This document shows positions 11,237 through 23,939 of a stretch of DNA of 64,000 nt, piece by piece. A model generated the notes under the pieces. That model searched no databases. It was not told the origin of the DNA and saw only the letters and a list, made by a program, of their open reading frames with translations. The DNA comes from Podarcis liolepis. Taxonomy: Eukaryota. Position numbers and translations under genes: made by a program. How positions within the stretch are numbered: the stretch's first letter is position 1; each line of letters begins with the position of its first letter. The stretch lies in NCBI GenBank assembly GCA_965112155.1, contig OZ218112.1. One strand, 5' to 3'.

Positions 11237-12772
11237 ATGCATTTATATAAGGCTGTGTAATTTATAGGCTTGTGAACTCTACTTCTGTAGGTTCCCCAGT
11301 AGCCGGTTTTATGACCAAGTAAAGTTGTGTTAAATATCACTATGATGTGGTTATTGAAGAAATCCACCACATTACACAGCCTAACATCAGCTGATTTACA
11401 TACAGCAGCAAGTTTTAAGTGAAAACTCCTAATTGCCTCTTCCCATATTTCCACTACTACCGTTAGTCCAAGCATCAGTTTATATCACAAAGAAACTATA
11501 CAGGAACAAAACAACATTCTAGAGCGGGGGGCTGGGGGCTGGATTGAGTGGGGAGGACAGACCAATTCTGTACTCCTTACAGTTTTTGCATTTATTCATA
11601 CCCTCTCTGACTTCATATTGAATAAAGAGAAGCCACACTAAGCATGAAATTAATCAAATAAAGAGTAGGCTGCAGGCTCTCCTGTAGAAGCCTCTACAGA
11701 GTCATCTCCCCTGTTGCGATCTCAGATTATATTTGCTCCTTGCACATTAGGCAATGCAGTCTTTTCATCCTTATGCTGCCGCTGCTGTCCTGCTTTACCT
11801 CTATGCAAACCCTTTTCACCCACTAGCCCATTCTACAGCCATTATTGATTTTGATGCACCCTCAATGGTTTTCAGGCAGCAACAGAGCCTCATGGCAAAT
11901 GCAGGTTTATTAAGAGCTTTATGGGGAGAATTTGATGGGAATGCTGAAGAAAAGGAGTCAGGTCTCTGAGCTGCTAAAGCACAATTCTTACCAAAGCTAA
12001 GTGAAGAGGATGTCTTCTGTTATGCAACAGAAGATTTGTGGTGCATAGGAAAAATGAACTCCAGAAGAATCATCATAATCTGTATCAATAAATTAATGGC
12101 ACAAGCACATTTGCAAGTTTTTATCTGTTTTTAGTTTATTACTATTTTAACTTTCTGAAAGTGTTAAGTTCTTGTTGCTAATTCTTCTTATTGATAATTC
12201 TATTGATCTATCTTTTTTTGTAAAACCACTTTGAGGTTATGGGTTATTCCTTTTTGTTTTTTTACAATACAATGAAGCAGTGCATATGTTTTATTAAATA
12301 AAACTTCCTGTCTATATTTTAATACTGCAAGAACAGCAGAGCTGCCTTATAAATGTTGCCTCTGACTCAGGATGCAGCTTCTGACTATGGGGTAAGGTGA
12401 GGTGCTACCCCCTCACAGCCCCTCTCCCTGTCCTGCCAAGGTACTTGAACTCGGGTTTCTTTTTCTGCCAAACTCTTTAATGCACAAATCTGAGTGATCC
12501 ATAAGCAAGTCAAGGGTTAAAGGCACAGCAGGGAACTGCATGGCTAAGCACGAGCTGAGGCGCTGATCCAAGAACCTAATGCCTCCTGCCTCTTTCTTTT
12601 GGAGGAACAGTTGGACGGAAGCCTTAACATGGCAAATGACAGGCATTTGTGCTCTGGGTAAGTAAACAGGAGTTTCTACTAGTGAGCAGGGTCTGCTGAT
12701 ATTGAATGTACACGAATCTTTTTGATAAAAGCTGCATAGATCTTGAGAACAGGGTGTAATTCCACAGTCAGC

Positions 12773-12915
12773 AATGAAGCTCACTGGGTACCTTTGGACC
12801 AGTGACTCACTCTCAGACTAACACACCTCACAAGGTGGTTGTGAGGATAAAACGGGGAGAAGAACTATGTGTGTCACATTGAGCTCTGGGGGAAAGTTGA
12901 GATATAAATGCACTA
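12773..12915 (+). mobile_element. CORE/MIR-like SINE 3' part (Squam3-like)
   Basis: ATGAAGCTCACTGGGT..CCTT.G.CCAGT.ACT..CTCTCAG.CTAAC..ACCTCACA.GG..GTTGTGAGGATAAA; homologous to 46436-46560 and 59470-59680. Confidence 0.7.
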
Positions 12916-13762
12916 AGCAAGTAAACCAAAAGAAAATGGCAATCATTGCCACTCTCTTCCGCCTAAGATTCTGAACTTCAATTTTGTGAGTAGTGCCAGG
13001 GATCACTTACATGCTAAGCAACACAACATCTGGAGAGCTATAGGTTTTCCTCATCACACTTGGGTTAATGCTGCTTTCTAATATATACACAGAAGCATAC
13101 ATAGCTCATTGAGGAGGGAGTCAAACAGATATTAGCTAATTGCTACTTATACCTGTCAGACAACATGAGAGCAATGCCTATTGTTATAAAACGATAAAAC
13201 TCTAAATTACGAAACTACATCAAGAATCTGAAAGCAACATTAAGAAATGCATGTGGTCATGAGTGAGTGTGTACAGGTCAAAAACAGAGAACATAGACGT
13301 ATTTTCTCTGGCTCCTTCGACCTTGCTGAACAATGGCACTGGATGTTTATCAGCAAAAGACAATAGACAATACTCAGTTTCTACCAGGGTGGAATTTTCT
13401 GAATGATTTTCAAATGCAACTGTTGAATCACCAAGTACTTCTCTGCATTGCCCCCCCCCGTCACCATTGCATTCAGCACCTTACAATATGAGGGTCTTCA
13501 TTCTGAATCCTCAGGTGCAGCATCCTTACACAGAAAGAGTCCTTGGGCAGCAAACTCCTCAGGAGACCACGAGGAACTTTCTCCAAAGAAGCTTAAACCC
13601 TGCTGCCTAGAAGTAGCCTAAGGCTACTGGAAAAGGTGCTGGTTTCCAAGTGCTCAGGTGCTACACTAAGTGGGTCTGGCAAACAGTCATCACTACTCTT
13701 GCTAATTTAGAGCTCTGCTAGTTGTTCCATGACCCTGCTTGGGGCAATCTGTTCTCCCCACC

Positions 13763-13995
13763 CACTGGTAGAGGAAGAGGGTGACGGGGGGGAGCGCATC
13801 GCCCCTGGCAGTGCGATCCCGGTAGGGTGCCATTGTGGCTGGCCCCCGCAGCCGGCACGCCATGCCCCCAGGATGCGCACCACACCCCTGTGAGCAGTGT
13901 GCCACACCCCCAGGACATGCGCCAGCCACGCCCCTGTCTGCTCTCCGCCCCCTGTGCCGGAGCATGAAGCTCCACCGCTGTTCCTACCCCCATTG
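13763..13995. mobile_element. GC-rich hAT-like MITE
   Basis: Imperfect TIRs CACTGGTAGAGGAA / TTCCTACCCCCATTG; abrupt CpG-rich block. Confidence 0.5.
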
Positions 13996-14479
13996 AATGA
14001 CGCTTGTCCAAGGTCCTGCCCTTCCCCGAGATTAATTTTCCATTTGCTGCAACATCATCTCACCTTAGTGGAAAATGTCACCATGGATCAGGGCAGTCTG
14101 ACACTATGTTTATTTGTCGCAACACGAACGCATGTTGATGCATGTATATATACCCCAAAAACTGCTTAGAGAGGTTTTGCTTTGTTTACAATCCAGTGGC
14201 ATATAAAATTCATTATATATATAAATAAGCAAACATTTCCTTTCTCTGGTTATAAGATTATTGGGGGTGGGGGTGGGCATAACTGGAATGAGAGAGTCTG
14301 TGCCCTCATTAAGAAACACCGGTCTGGCTTCATATCACATGCAGACATATCCAGGACTGAACTCAGTGGGACCCCACTAGAGCATTAATGCAAATTGGGG
14401 TGAGCCGCATTCTGAGTAATGTTCCCAGCTGGCAAGTGAGCTGGTAGCCCTTACTATCTGATGCTCAATTTGGTACATG

Positions 14480-14517
<38 letters not shown>

Positions 14518-14521
<4 letters not shown>

Positions 14522-14742
14522 GGTACCTCGTGTTACAAACCCTCCGGGTTACAAACTCCGCTAACCCCGAAGTAGTTACCTTGGGTTGCGAACTTTGCCC
14601 CAGGATGAGAATGGAAATTGTGCGCCGGCGACACAGCAGCAGCAGCAGGCCCCATTAGTGAAAGCGCACCTCAGGTTAAGAACGGTTTCGGGTTAAGAAC
14701 AGACCTCTGGAGCGAATTAAGTTCATAACCTGAGGTACCAAT
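14518..14742. mobile_element. Tigger/pogo-like MITE flanked by (CA)n and (TG)n
   Basis: CAGTGGTACCTCG ... TGAGGTACCA; internal sequence homologous to 3080 and 9448 copies. Confidence 0.9.
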
Positions 14743-16549
14743 ATGTGTGTGTGTGTGTCTCCCTGGAGGTAATGCGGGGCTATTGGGTCTTTGGTCCCTG
14801 CTTTCTGGGCTGCAGTTTTTAGGTAAATAGGCACCGTTATTCGTAACTTAGTCCAGCCAGATCTGGCTCTGTGCCCTGCTCCCTACATTTAAAAGCAATG
14901 ACGCCTCAATAACCTCTGTCCTTTACCTTGGCGTGGCAGCCTGACCTGATAGAGCCCAAGGATAGAAAGATAGTTCAAATTTCCAAATAAATAATGAGCT
15001 TTAAAAGGTTGCGAAGGTGGTTGTTATGGAAAAGCTTACGCATCCTGTGGGGGACTGCAGAGCCTGGGGATTAGGCAGGTGTTTGGGTGGTATCTCTATG
15101 ACCTATCTCAATAATTGTCCGCATCTCAATATAGTCTCAGAATAAGCACTGATTCATCTGGTATAAGCGTCAACCAGAATTTTCCGGATTTGTTTTCCTC
15201 ATCCATGGTTTGCCTAGTTTGTCTATATTTCCCCCTTGCAATTAGATCTTAGTGCACTTTCATTGAAAAATAAATAAATGTGCCTTATATTCAGTACTTC
15301 AATGTCTATATTTATGCTATTTTTTTCAACATATACTTAACAAGTCTATGTTGTGCATTTTTGGTTTCGCTTACCCCCCCCCCCTTTTCCTTTCCTTTCT
15401 TTTTTAAACAAAAAAAAAAAATCTCAGCATTTGAAATGCAAGTGCCTCAGGCTTGCTGGGATCTCCAAGTTGTTTTGATTTTAGAACATAGAACATATCA
15501 AAATATGAAATAAACTCTCAGGTGCAAAATGTCCTTCATTTGTGGCTGTGGGATAAATCAGCCTAATATAACCAACATGTTGAAGACTAATTAATGCATG
15601 AGGGGGTTAAGACCATAGAGTGAGCTGCCCAGCCAGCTTAGCTTGGTTATTCCCCCTCACCTTGGAAGGAAGGGCTACCAAACTCTTTGTTCTCTCACTT
15701 CCACCATGTGAACCCTACTACTAAGTAAATCATTTTTAACCTACCAAACATGTGGTCTCTTCCTATGCTAAGGGAAGTGGGGAGCTTTGAAAGCAATTAA
15801 AGAGAGGATATTTTAAAAGTCTAACAGCTGTTATTGCCACACTTTACTTAGCTGCATGTTTGGTGATTTTAAATCACTGCTGGGTTCTCACCCCAAACAT
15901 GACTTGTCCCAAACTTGGATCTTGGCATCTAGGGGATTCCTTTTATTTTGCCATATCTATTTTTCCTTTTAGTAAATTAACCAACAGTAACATGGGAACA
16001 ATAAAAGTAGCTAACCTGCCATGCAGGGTGATTGCAGGGGTTGCTGACATAATATTTATATGAAACATTTCTAGCACTTGAAATTTGCTACATAAGCCAT
16101 AAATACTGTATTATCCATATAGTATTTTTCCCAGGGGCACAAAGGGTTCCACAGACATTATCTTAGGCATTGTTGCAAGAACCTTAGGCTGCAAATGCAA
16201 AATATGAACCAATCTATATCGGTATTTCATTATTAATTTGATTTCTTATCTGTTCTCCACCATAAGGTCCCAGGGCAGGTTACAGCAATTTAAAAATACA
16301 ATATTAAAATAAGTTTTTAATATGAGAACAAAAGTGTGCTCATTCTGCCAATCAGCTGCCATTTTATGTCCCCTGGTATGGAAGTGCTTTAAGAACTTGT
16401 CACGCCTTCCATCTGCAACAGATTGTATGAGAGGCTGAAGAAAATTAACATTGCAACAATCAAATCTCTTTGCTAATCTTGAGAGCCTTTCAAAAGAAAC
16501 AGAGCGCAAATCTTAGACTGGTGGATGCTCTGCACCACACTCCAATGGA

Positions 16550-16720
16550 GGAAGCGGCTTTCTACTGAGTCAGGCCACTACTCCATTCAGTTTGGTGTTG
16601 TCTGCACTAACTGGCAGGGTTTCATGCAGGAGACAAACCCAGCCCTACCTGTCGATGCAAGTTGTGGACCGAACCTGTGGCCTTCAGCATGTGAAGCAGA
16701 TGCTTTACCGCTAAGCTTGC
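16550..16720 (-). mobile_element. Old tRNA-headed SINE with CR1-like tail
   Basis: GCATGTGAAGCAGATGCTTTACC.CT.AGCT is the reverse of a tRNA-like head; related copies near 38430-38590, 52730-52900, 59205-59395. Confidence 0.55.
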
Positions 16721-17344
16721 CCCTCAGATGTCCAAAATGACTTTATTTGCCAAGCCCTTGGCATCAGGTGTCATTAGAGGCAAACCACAGGGGTTGCCAC
16801 AATCAGATTGGCCAACCTTGCAACTACACACCCTGATCATGTGGCCTCAAATTATTTAAGCTGCTGATGTGATTGTTGTTCCTCTCTTTCTGTGCTTGGC
16901 AAAGAAAGGTTTCCACCCTTTTGCCCTCATTCCCAAGCATCATAGTCTGTTTAAGAATACACCTTTGTATGGCAGAGACAGAACAGTTTCCAAACGAGGA
17001 GGGGGAGGGAAGGGAGAGGGCTGTCACAGCAGGGATTTGGGCAAGAAAAAGAGGTGGTGATCAGAAGCCAAATTGCTGTGATTCACCCAAACAAGTAAGA
17101 GAGAGAGAGGAGGGAGGGAAGGAGGGAGAGAAGGAGTGAAGCTCAGGATGACCAGAATTGGAATAAACCTGCAATATGTCTGCTTCTGTGCCAGGTTCCT
17201 GGGTAACTTGTAGCTCACTGGAGCTATAGCCACAGTACATTAGTGGCATCCTCAATGAAGAGAAAGTGCAAAACACATACTCTTTTCAGTCCACAGTGGA
17301 GAATGCATCATAAGGCAGGCAGGGAGGGAGGGATCGAAGGAGAA

Positions 17345-17848
17345 AATAAGGGCCGTTACGATCTAGTATATCGGGTCCTCCCTTAAAAAGGGCACGTATT
17401 GTGGTGAGACCCACCCACCTCTCCCTACTTTTAGGGTTTTGCGCTTGACCTTGCTATGCCGTTGTGTGTTGTCTGTCGTTGAGACAGAGGCATGGCAGGA
17501 ATCTTCCCTACTTGGCTTACTGGCTGTTGCCATTTGGGTTTTGCCTGCCGCGTAGCAAATCATCATAACTTGTAAGGTTGCGGATAGGCTCTCATTCAGG
17601 TGATAGGGATGGGAGAACGCATGCCCGACTTTCTGCTTATCCAGGTGTTCACCCTTGGCTGACCTATGCTGGAACCCTGGGTCAGTGCTACCTGCAAGGC
17701 AGGGAGCTAGTCAAACCAGAGCCTATGAAACCAGTCACATTCTGTAATCAATAAAGTTGTGGCCTAAATTCTGCCAAAAACCAAACCAAAAATTTGAGTC
17801 AAGTGTGGATTTATTTAGGGGGGAGATTTCTGGGTCTGAACACGCAAC
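17345..17848 (+). mobile_element. LTR-like or DIRS/Ngaro-like terminal repeat remnant
   Basis: CpG-richer block containing CTGTAATCAATAAAGTTGTGGCC and ending ACGCAA; motif shared with 23940-24150; class is tentative. Confidence 0.4.
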
Positions 17849-18742
17849 TAGAGTTTTTCTCAAGTATCTCTTATACAACTATCCGAGCAAAAGTGGAAGA
17901 GAAAAACTACCCAAGCCTTCACCAGGGAAACGGGGTTAAAGTAGGTCACTATGCAGTCCCCATTCAATGAGAAGCCCCTGCTTTGGAAAAACAACTTAAC
18001 TACAGGGAAAAGGCATCTCAGCCATGTACTTGAGTGCTTTTATTGAAGAAACAGGTTTAATTGGACCCAGAGTTCATTGGGACACAATTCTGGGTGAGTG
18101 CATCTAGGGTTACAGCTTCTGCTGGAAAAACAAGGAAGGAAACATGATCAGGGCTGGCCCTGCCACATACAAGGGTGCAATCACACAGTAGATTTTGGGA
18201 TGGCATTACAGGGCAGGAAACGACCCACTATTTATATTTTTAAACCCCATTTGGCTTCCCCATCTCAGGATGCCTCTTATTTATAAAGTTTACATACAAA
18301 TATTTGCATTCCAACTGTAAACCTCTGCACCAAAAGTGGTATATACCGGTAAGTAGATTTCACTAACTGCCATTAACCCGCTAATCCAAGTGGCATTTGC
18401 AAAAGCACCCTATGCTCAAATGTTGGGATTAAGCAGTGTGCAACTAACATGGAGGACGGGGGCGGGAGAGAGATTACACTACACCAAAAACGTGTTTTCA
18501 TCAAAAATTTAGCTGGCTGCCACCAGCAATGAGGTTCCCACCAGGTACCAGGCAAGCCTGTCTTTCTCACGCTCCCCAAACTTATCCCTATAGCTCAAGA
18601 ATCTTCGAAATTTCTGATAGCTGAGGCACACCCTTTTGTCTGAATCAAAACAGGAGACATAGTTCACTCCCAAAAGTGTGTAAGAGAGTAAGAATGAGCA
18701 TAGCAGGAGTCCACCAAGCAGCCTACTCTGATTGTGTGATCT

Positions 18743-18743
<1 letters not shown>

Positions 18744-18818
<75 letters not shown>
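18744..18818. repeat. Compound (CT)n(CA)n microsatellite
   Basis: Direct reading. Confidence 0.95.
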
Positions 18819-18820
<2 letters not shown>

Positions 18821-18896
18821 GAAGGAAAGCAGAGCAGAAACAGTTATGCAGACAGAGGTATAACAGGCAGCCTGCTCTGAAGATGGGGACCTTGGA

Positions 18897-19260
18897 CTTA
18901 AGAACATAACATCTGGATGGATCGTTCTGGTGACCCATCTAGTTTAGCATCTTGTTCTCACTGTTGTTGACCAAATGCCTGTGGGAAACCCTCAAGCAAT
19001 ACCAAGCAGAAGAGCCCTTTCTGTGGGTTTCCAGCAACTAATATTCAGAAGCCTTGCTGCTTTCAACTGTGGAGGCAGAACATAGCCATTATGGCTAGTA
19101 GCCATCAATAGTCTCTGCCCCATGAATCTGTATAGTGTTCTTTTAAAGCCATCTAGGTTGGTGGCCATCACTGCCTCCTGTGGGACTGAGTTCCACAGAT
19201 TAACTACGAACTGTGTAAAGATGTATTTCCTTTTATGTTTTCCTGAATCTTCCAACATTC
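18897..19260 (-). mobile_element. CR1 LINE 3' fragment
   Basis: ORF 18992-19258 RKYIFTQFVVNLWNSVPQEAVMATNLDGFKR is the CR1 ORF2 C-terminus; AAGAACATAA tail. Confidence 0.85.
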
Positions 19261-20854
19261 AACAATTTCCTTTCGTTTCTCACAGCTCAGTTTGGGAATA
19301 GTCTATCTTGTGGAAAATATGTCTGGCAAACTAACATGAAATAACAGAAAGTTGTTTCCTCCCTCCCAGGAATCAAAACAAGCTCAGTCGATCAGTAAGA
19401 ACATGATGCCACAAAAAGATACATAAGTGATATTTTAGTATTGAAATGCATGTTGCAGATGGCACACCAGATGAGGGTCGATTCATTATTCACTCTTCTT
19501 GCAATGATGGCATCTCTCATTTTAGCTCCGCTATTTCCTCTCATTTTACTCACAAGCAAAGTCCTATGTTGTCTCCTGACTATGAACCCTGCATGAGCGA
19601 ACTTTGCTAAAGTGACACTTAATGAATGATGCAGCCATGACTTGGTGTGCACTCTGCAGCATTAGCCAGGATCAGCAATCCTTGCAGTAAACAAGTAAGG
19701 GGCCAGTAGCAGAGCAACATCTTGCAGCCAAACAGGGCTAAATGAATACTGGCCAAGAAAAAAACAATATATGTAGTATATCATTAAAATTAATCAGGAC
19801 AAAAATGATCAAAACAGGCCGCACTCATTATAATCCAAAGTATGAATAAGATGTAAAAGTCAGCATTTGTCTAACTTTCCATCTGATTTCATAAGATTAT
19901 CAGCATTATTGCTATTAAAAGCATGTATTAGCTGCTTCTCCAATGCTTTCAAAAATGAATTCATTGAAGGCAAACACATTTCAACAGCAGGTCAAAAAAA
20001 GGAAAGACAGACAGACAGAAGAACAGCAGGAGCAGCAGGAGCAAAGAACACAAACCACTCAAAACGGAAGGCCAAGAAATGCACTTTGCACGCGTGCACT
20101 CACACGCACATGCACACACCCCTCTGGAGAGCCAGAAGAGAGGAAATATGCTCTGCTTAATATTCTCTCTCTCTCTCTCGCTCTCTCCTTATATACAGAT
20201 AATTTTGATATTGCAGGACAGATATAGTTTAGCCACCGTCATAATTTCCCTTCCCATTTTTGAAACAACTCTTGTCATAATGTGAAAGACAGTTAATTTG
20301 GAAAAATGAGTTGGCTGGATGAAATTAATATGAAGTCCACCAGTGCAAAGACAAGTTAAATTTTGAGAATCCAAGTAAAGTTGCCTGTGTCATTAAAAAA
20401 AAAACAGTTTGTACAGGGCCTGGAAATTTTCATGAATGGTGGTGGTGGTTGGTGGTTGGTGGTGATGGTGGTGGTGATGATGACGACGATAATGGCAATA
20501 AATGAAATAGGCTTGCTATAGTATTGAACCTAAAGACTGCTTCCAAACCTGCCATTTAAGAACCAGCCCATTCCCTTCAATTACAACTTCCTTATTTATA
20601 TAGGTAGGTGTCACAGGTACAGCACGTAACTGAGCAGTGCATCCTGACCACAAGGGTAGACGTTTTCAACACACTGCTGCAGCAATCATGGAGGCGATGG
20701 CAATCACGCCACTCAGAGAGCATATTGTCCACAAAAAAGATGTGGATGGGTGCTCTGCCCTTGGGGTTCCCAGAAACTCTCAGGAGTTTCTTCTGCATAT
20801 GCAAGGCCTCGCAGAGCTATTTCAGTTGGGTACACATGCTCTCCTTCCTCTTAC

Positions 20855-21011
20855 CTTTTGAAATAATTTCAGCACATTTTTTCTTTCTCTCCACAGTTGC
20901 GTCTGCAGACCTCTCTCCTCCCAAGGTTCACTCTCCTGGCGCCCGTCTTTGGGCAGGCAAAGAGAAGAGTGGAAGGATTTTCAGCAACTGACGTAAGAAG
21001 GCTGAAGATGA
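20855..21011 (-). other. Candidate exon (probably non-coding) of a minus-strand host transcript
   Basis: Acceptor cctttattttacag|TC and donor AAAAG|gtaaga. Confidence 0.45.
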
Positions 21012-21309
21012 CTGTAAAATAAAGGCAAGCAGGTTAGCGCAAAAATGCCCGTGCTCTGCTTACATATCAAGCTAAATTAAATTAGTGGCATCTACATAAG
21101 TGCCTCCTACTGTTTTTATTCCTACATACAAATACCGGATCTGTCAACTCAAGTGCAGTTATCATGGAAGCAGCACCAGGGGGGCTGGGGAAGAGGAGAA
21201 AAGCCAAAGTAATTTGTAAAATTAAAAAATCCATTAAATAGCAAAAGGATTCCAGAATGTTATCTTGGTTTCATTCAGGAGGGAAGGTGATCTACCCACA
21301 ACATCTGGT

Positions 21310-21450
21310 GGTCAGAAGCAGCACTGGCTCTGACTGTGGAGGCAGAATATAGCCACCATTGCTAGCAGCCATTGATGTCCAACCCTCTTTTAAAGCCTTC
21401 ACTGCCTCCTGTGAGTATGAGTTCCACAGTTTAACTATGCACTGCAAGAA
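21310..21450 (-). mobile_element. CR1 fragment
   Basis: Homologous to 19040-19210 (CTGTGGAGGCAGAA.ATAGCCA; GAGTTCCACAG.TTAACTA). Confidence 0.7.
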
Positions 21451-21619
21451 GGGTCCATGGAAGAATTCTGTAAGAGTTTGAACTCCTCTGTCATTCCTTG
21501 GGGTGGAATGTATCTTGACTGGGCCAGTAACTTTTGCCCATTATTCTGTTGACTCACAGTTTTATGCCTGTTCAGTGCTGAAGTCATCTATTTTCTTATT
21601 GAAAGTTGTTTCACAGCAA

Positions 21620-21797
21620 GTGCTGTTCAACAGTGGAATGGACACTTTCAGAAGGTGACGGGCTCTCCTTCCTTGGAGGTTTTTTAAACAGAGGTTGGCT
21701 ATCCATCTGTCAGGGATGTTTTAGCTGAGATTCCTGCATTGGAGGGGGGTGGATTACATGACACCAGGGGTCCCAACTCTACAGTTGAATCACTCTA
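21620..21797 (+). mobile_element. CR1 LINE 3' end
   Basis: GCTGTTCAACAGTGGAA...CTCCTTCCTTGGAGGTTTTTAAACAGAGGTTGG...GTCCCAACTCTACAG; homologous to 30045-30195. Confidence 0.8.
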
Positions 21798-22836
21798 CGG
21801 TGATTTCATTTTGCTCCTGGTCCACCTTCTTCTTATCTCTCCCTCTTTTGTCATTATATTTGGAGATGCAGATTATGGCAAAGTCTGAAGAAACGTGTTA
21901 CTGACAGGAGCAGCAGAAACAAGTATTTACAAAGCTCACTGGGTGATCCTGGGCTGTTCACTGTCCACAGAGTTGTTATGAAAAGGTGAGATATAAATGT
22001 AATAAATATTCAAAATGAGCTAAAATTTCAAAGTGAATTTTCACAATGAAATTCAAATATAATTATTTATTCAAGTATTCAAGTACAATGAAATTCAAAT
22101 ATAACCTCAGGGCCACATGTGGCCTGCAATGCCTTTTTTGTGGCCCCCAGCAACATCTGACACACACCCACACACCCTGCAGCCATCATGCTGCCTTCCC
22201 AAAGCTGGGTAAGCAAAGTGCTCAGTTGTGGGAAGGAGGCGTGAGGGCTCTGACAGTGCCCTAGAGTTCTCCAACTTACTTCCCAAAGCTTAATTAGCTT
22301 CTTCTTCTTCTTCTTCTTCTTTTTTTTTTTTGCTTGAGGTAAAGGACAAAATATTACCCGCCCAGTACATGTTCCTAAACTGACCCGACACATTTCCCCA
22401 AGTGGTGGACAAGCCACATTCACACCATACATTTGATACCACCGTACATCTATGATACCACTTTAAACAATCATGGCTTTCCCCAGAGAATTCTGGGACC
22501 TATCATTTATTACAGGTGCTGAGAGTTACTAGGAGACCCCCTGTTCCTGTCCCAGAGCTACAGACTCCAGTGTGATTTAACAGTCAATGCTTCTCTCAAG
22601 GAACTCTGGGAATAGATTTCCCTTGATCTGGAAACTATACCTCTGTTGAAGCAGCCTAGATTACTGCAATCTAATTTTTGTAGATGTTTCCACAACGCAA
22701 TTAGGGTCTCTTATTTGCTCCTATAATTTGGAATGGATACTATTTTTGATTGCAGTTATGTATATATTTTTAAATAAAACAAAAAAATCCTCACCAAAGC
22801 TTCAATGTTCAAAGACTCCAAACCAAAATTTCCTAC

Positions 22837-23097
22837 CTTTCTGACATCTCTTGCTAATGGTTTGCTCCCTTTCTTTTTTGTAGGGTACTGCAAACATACA
22901 TAATCAGGCTCTCTGTGCAGGACCCTGTGATATCCCTGTTGAATTATGCAGAACTGGAGACTCATAAATAATGGTTCACTGCAGCACAAACAGTGGCGAT
23001 CTGTAACGTGCCTACATAAGTTCTCTGAAAGAGCTCTTGAAATTCTCCGCAAAGCCTGGAGCTTCAAACAGCTGCTTGGCATAAGCAAAAGCCAAAC
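22837..23097 (-). other. Candidate 261-nt exon of a minus-strand transcript
   Basis: Acceptor ctgtcttcattcag|GT and donor AAAG|gtagga; open in phase 0 for 87 codons with no recognisable homology. Confidence 0.4.
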
Positions 23098-23529
23098 CTG
23101 AATGAAGACAGCCCTGGTTGATTTGCTCAAGACCACTCAGAAAAGTAATGGGCAGAGCTGGGAAAAGAGCCCAAGATGCTTTGAGAACAACAGATAAGGT
23201 GCTGTGCAGATGCACCCTGGCATATTGCTGGTTGCCTTTAAGCAGAAGTGTTATTATTAGCAACATCATCACTTTCTACTCTTGCTGCAATAAATGGTGT
23301 GTATTTGGTTTTGCATCTACCCTGTGGTAAAGACAATGCTTGATGGTATCTTTAGAACAGCTTCCCCCAACTTTTTTTAGTTTAGAGAAAAGGCAAATAA
23401 AAGGTGACAATGACAAAAGCTGAAAAACTGATGCATATGATGGAGAACGAGGATAGAGAAGGGTATCTTTCTCCCTGCCCCCCCCTTTTGTAACACTATA
23501 ACTCATGGTCATCCAATGAATATGACTTT

Positions 23530-23880
23530 TGGAAGATTCAGGACAGAGAAAAGCAAGTACTTCTTAACACATCACATAGTTAAACTATGGAAGTCACTCT
23601 CATAAGGCCACCAACCTAGATGGTGTAAAAAAAGGATTAAACAAGTTCATGGAAGGTAAGGCTCCATCAGTGGCTAATAACCAGGGTGGCTATGTTCTGC
23701 CTCCATGGCTGGAGGCAGAAACGCTTCTGAACTCCACTTACTAAAAACTACAAGGGGGAGTGTGCTCTTGTTTTCGGATCCCGCTTGCAGGTTTCCTCTT
23801 GATGTATCTGGTTAGCTACTGTGAGAACAGGATGCCGGACTAATGGGTCATTGGCCTAATCCAGCAGGCTCTTCTTGTGT
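23530..23880 (+). mobile_element. CR1 LINE 3' fragment
   Basis: Reverse-orientation homolog of 18897-19260 (TTCAGGACAGA.AAAAG.AAGTACTTCTT.ACAC...TTAAACTATGGAA). Confidence 0.8.
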
Positions 23881-23939
23881 GAGGTGGGTTTTTTTGGTAA
23901 AGTTTATTATTATTATTTCATGTTATAAAACCACTTCTG

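Noticed and set aside
6326-14930. Additional weak minus-strand splice signals (~6326-6389, ~13152-13177, ~14927)
   Set aside because: Signals of this strength are expected by chance in 64 kb.
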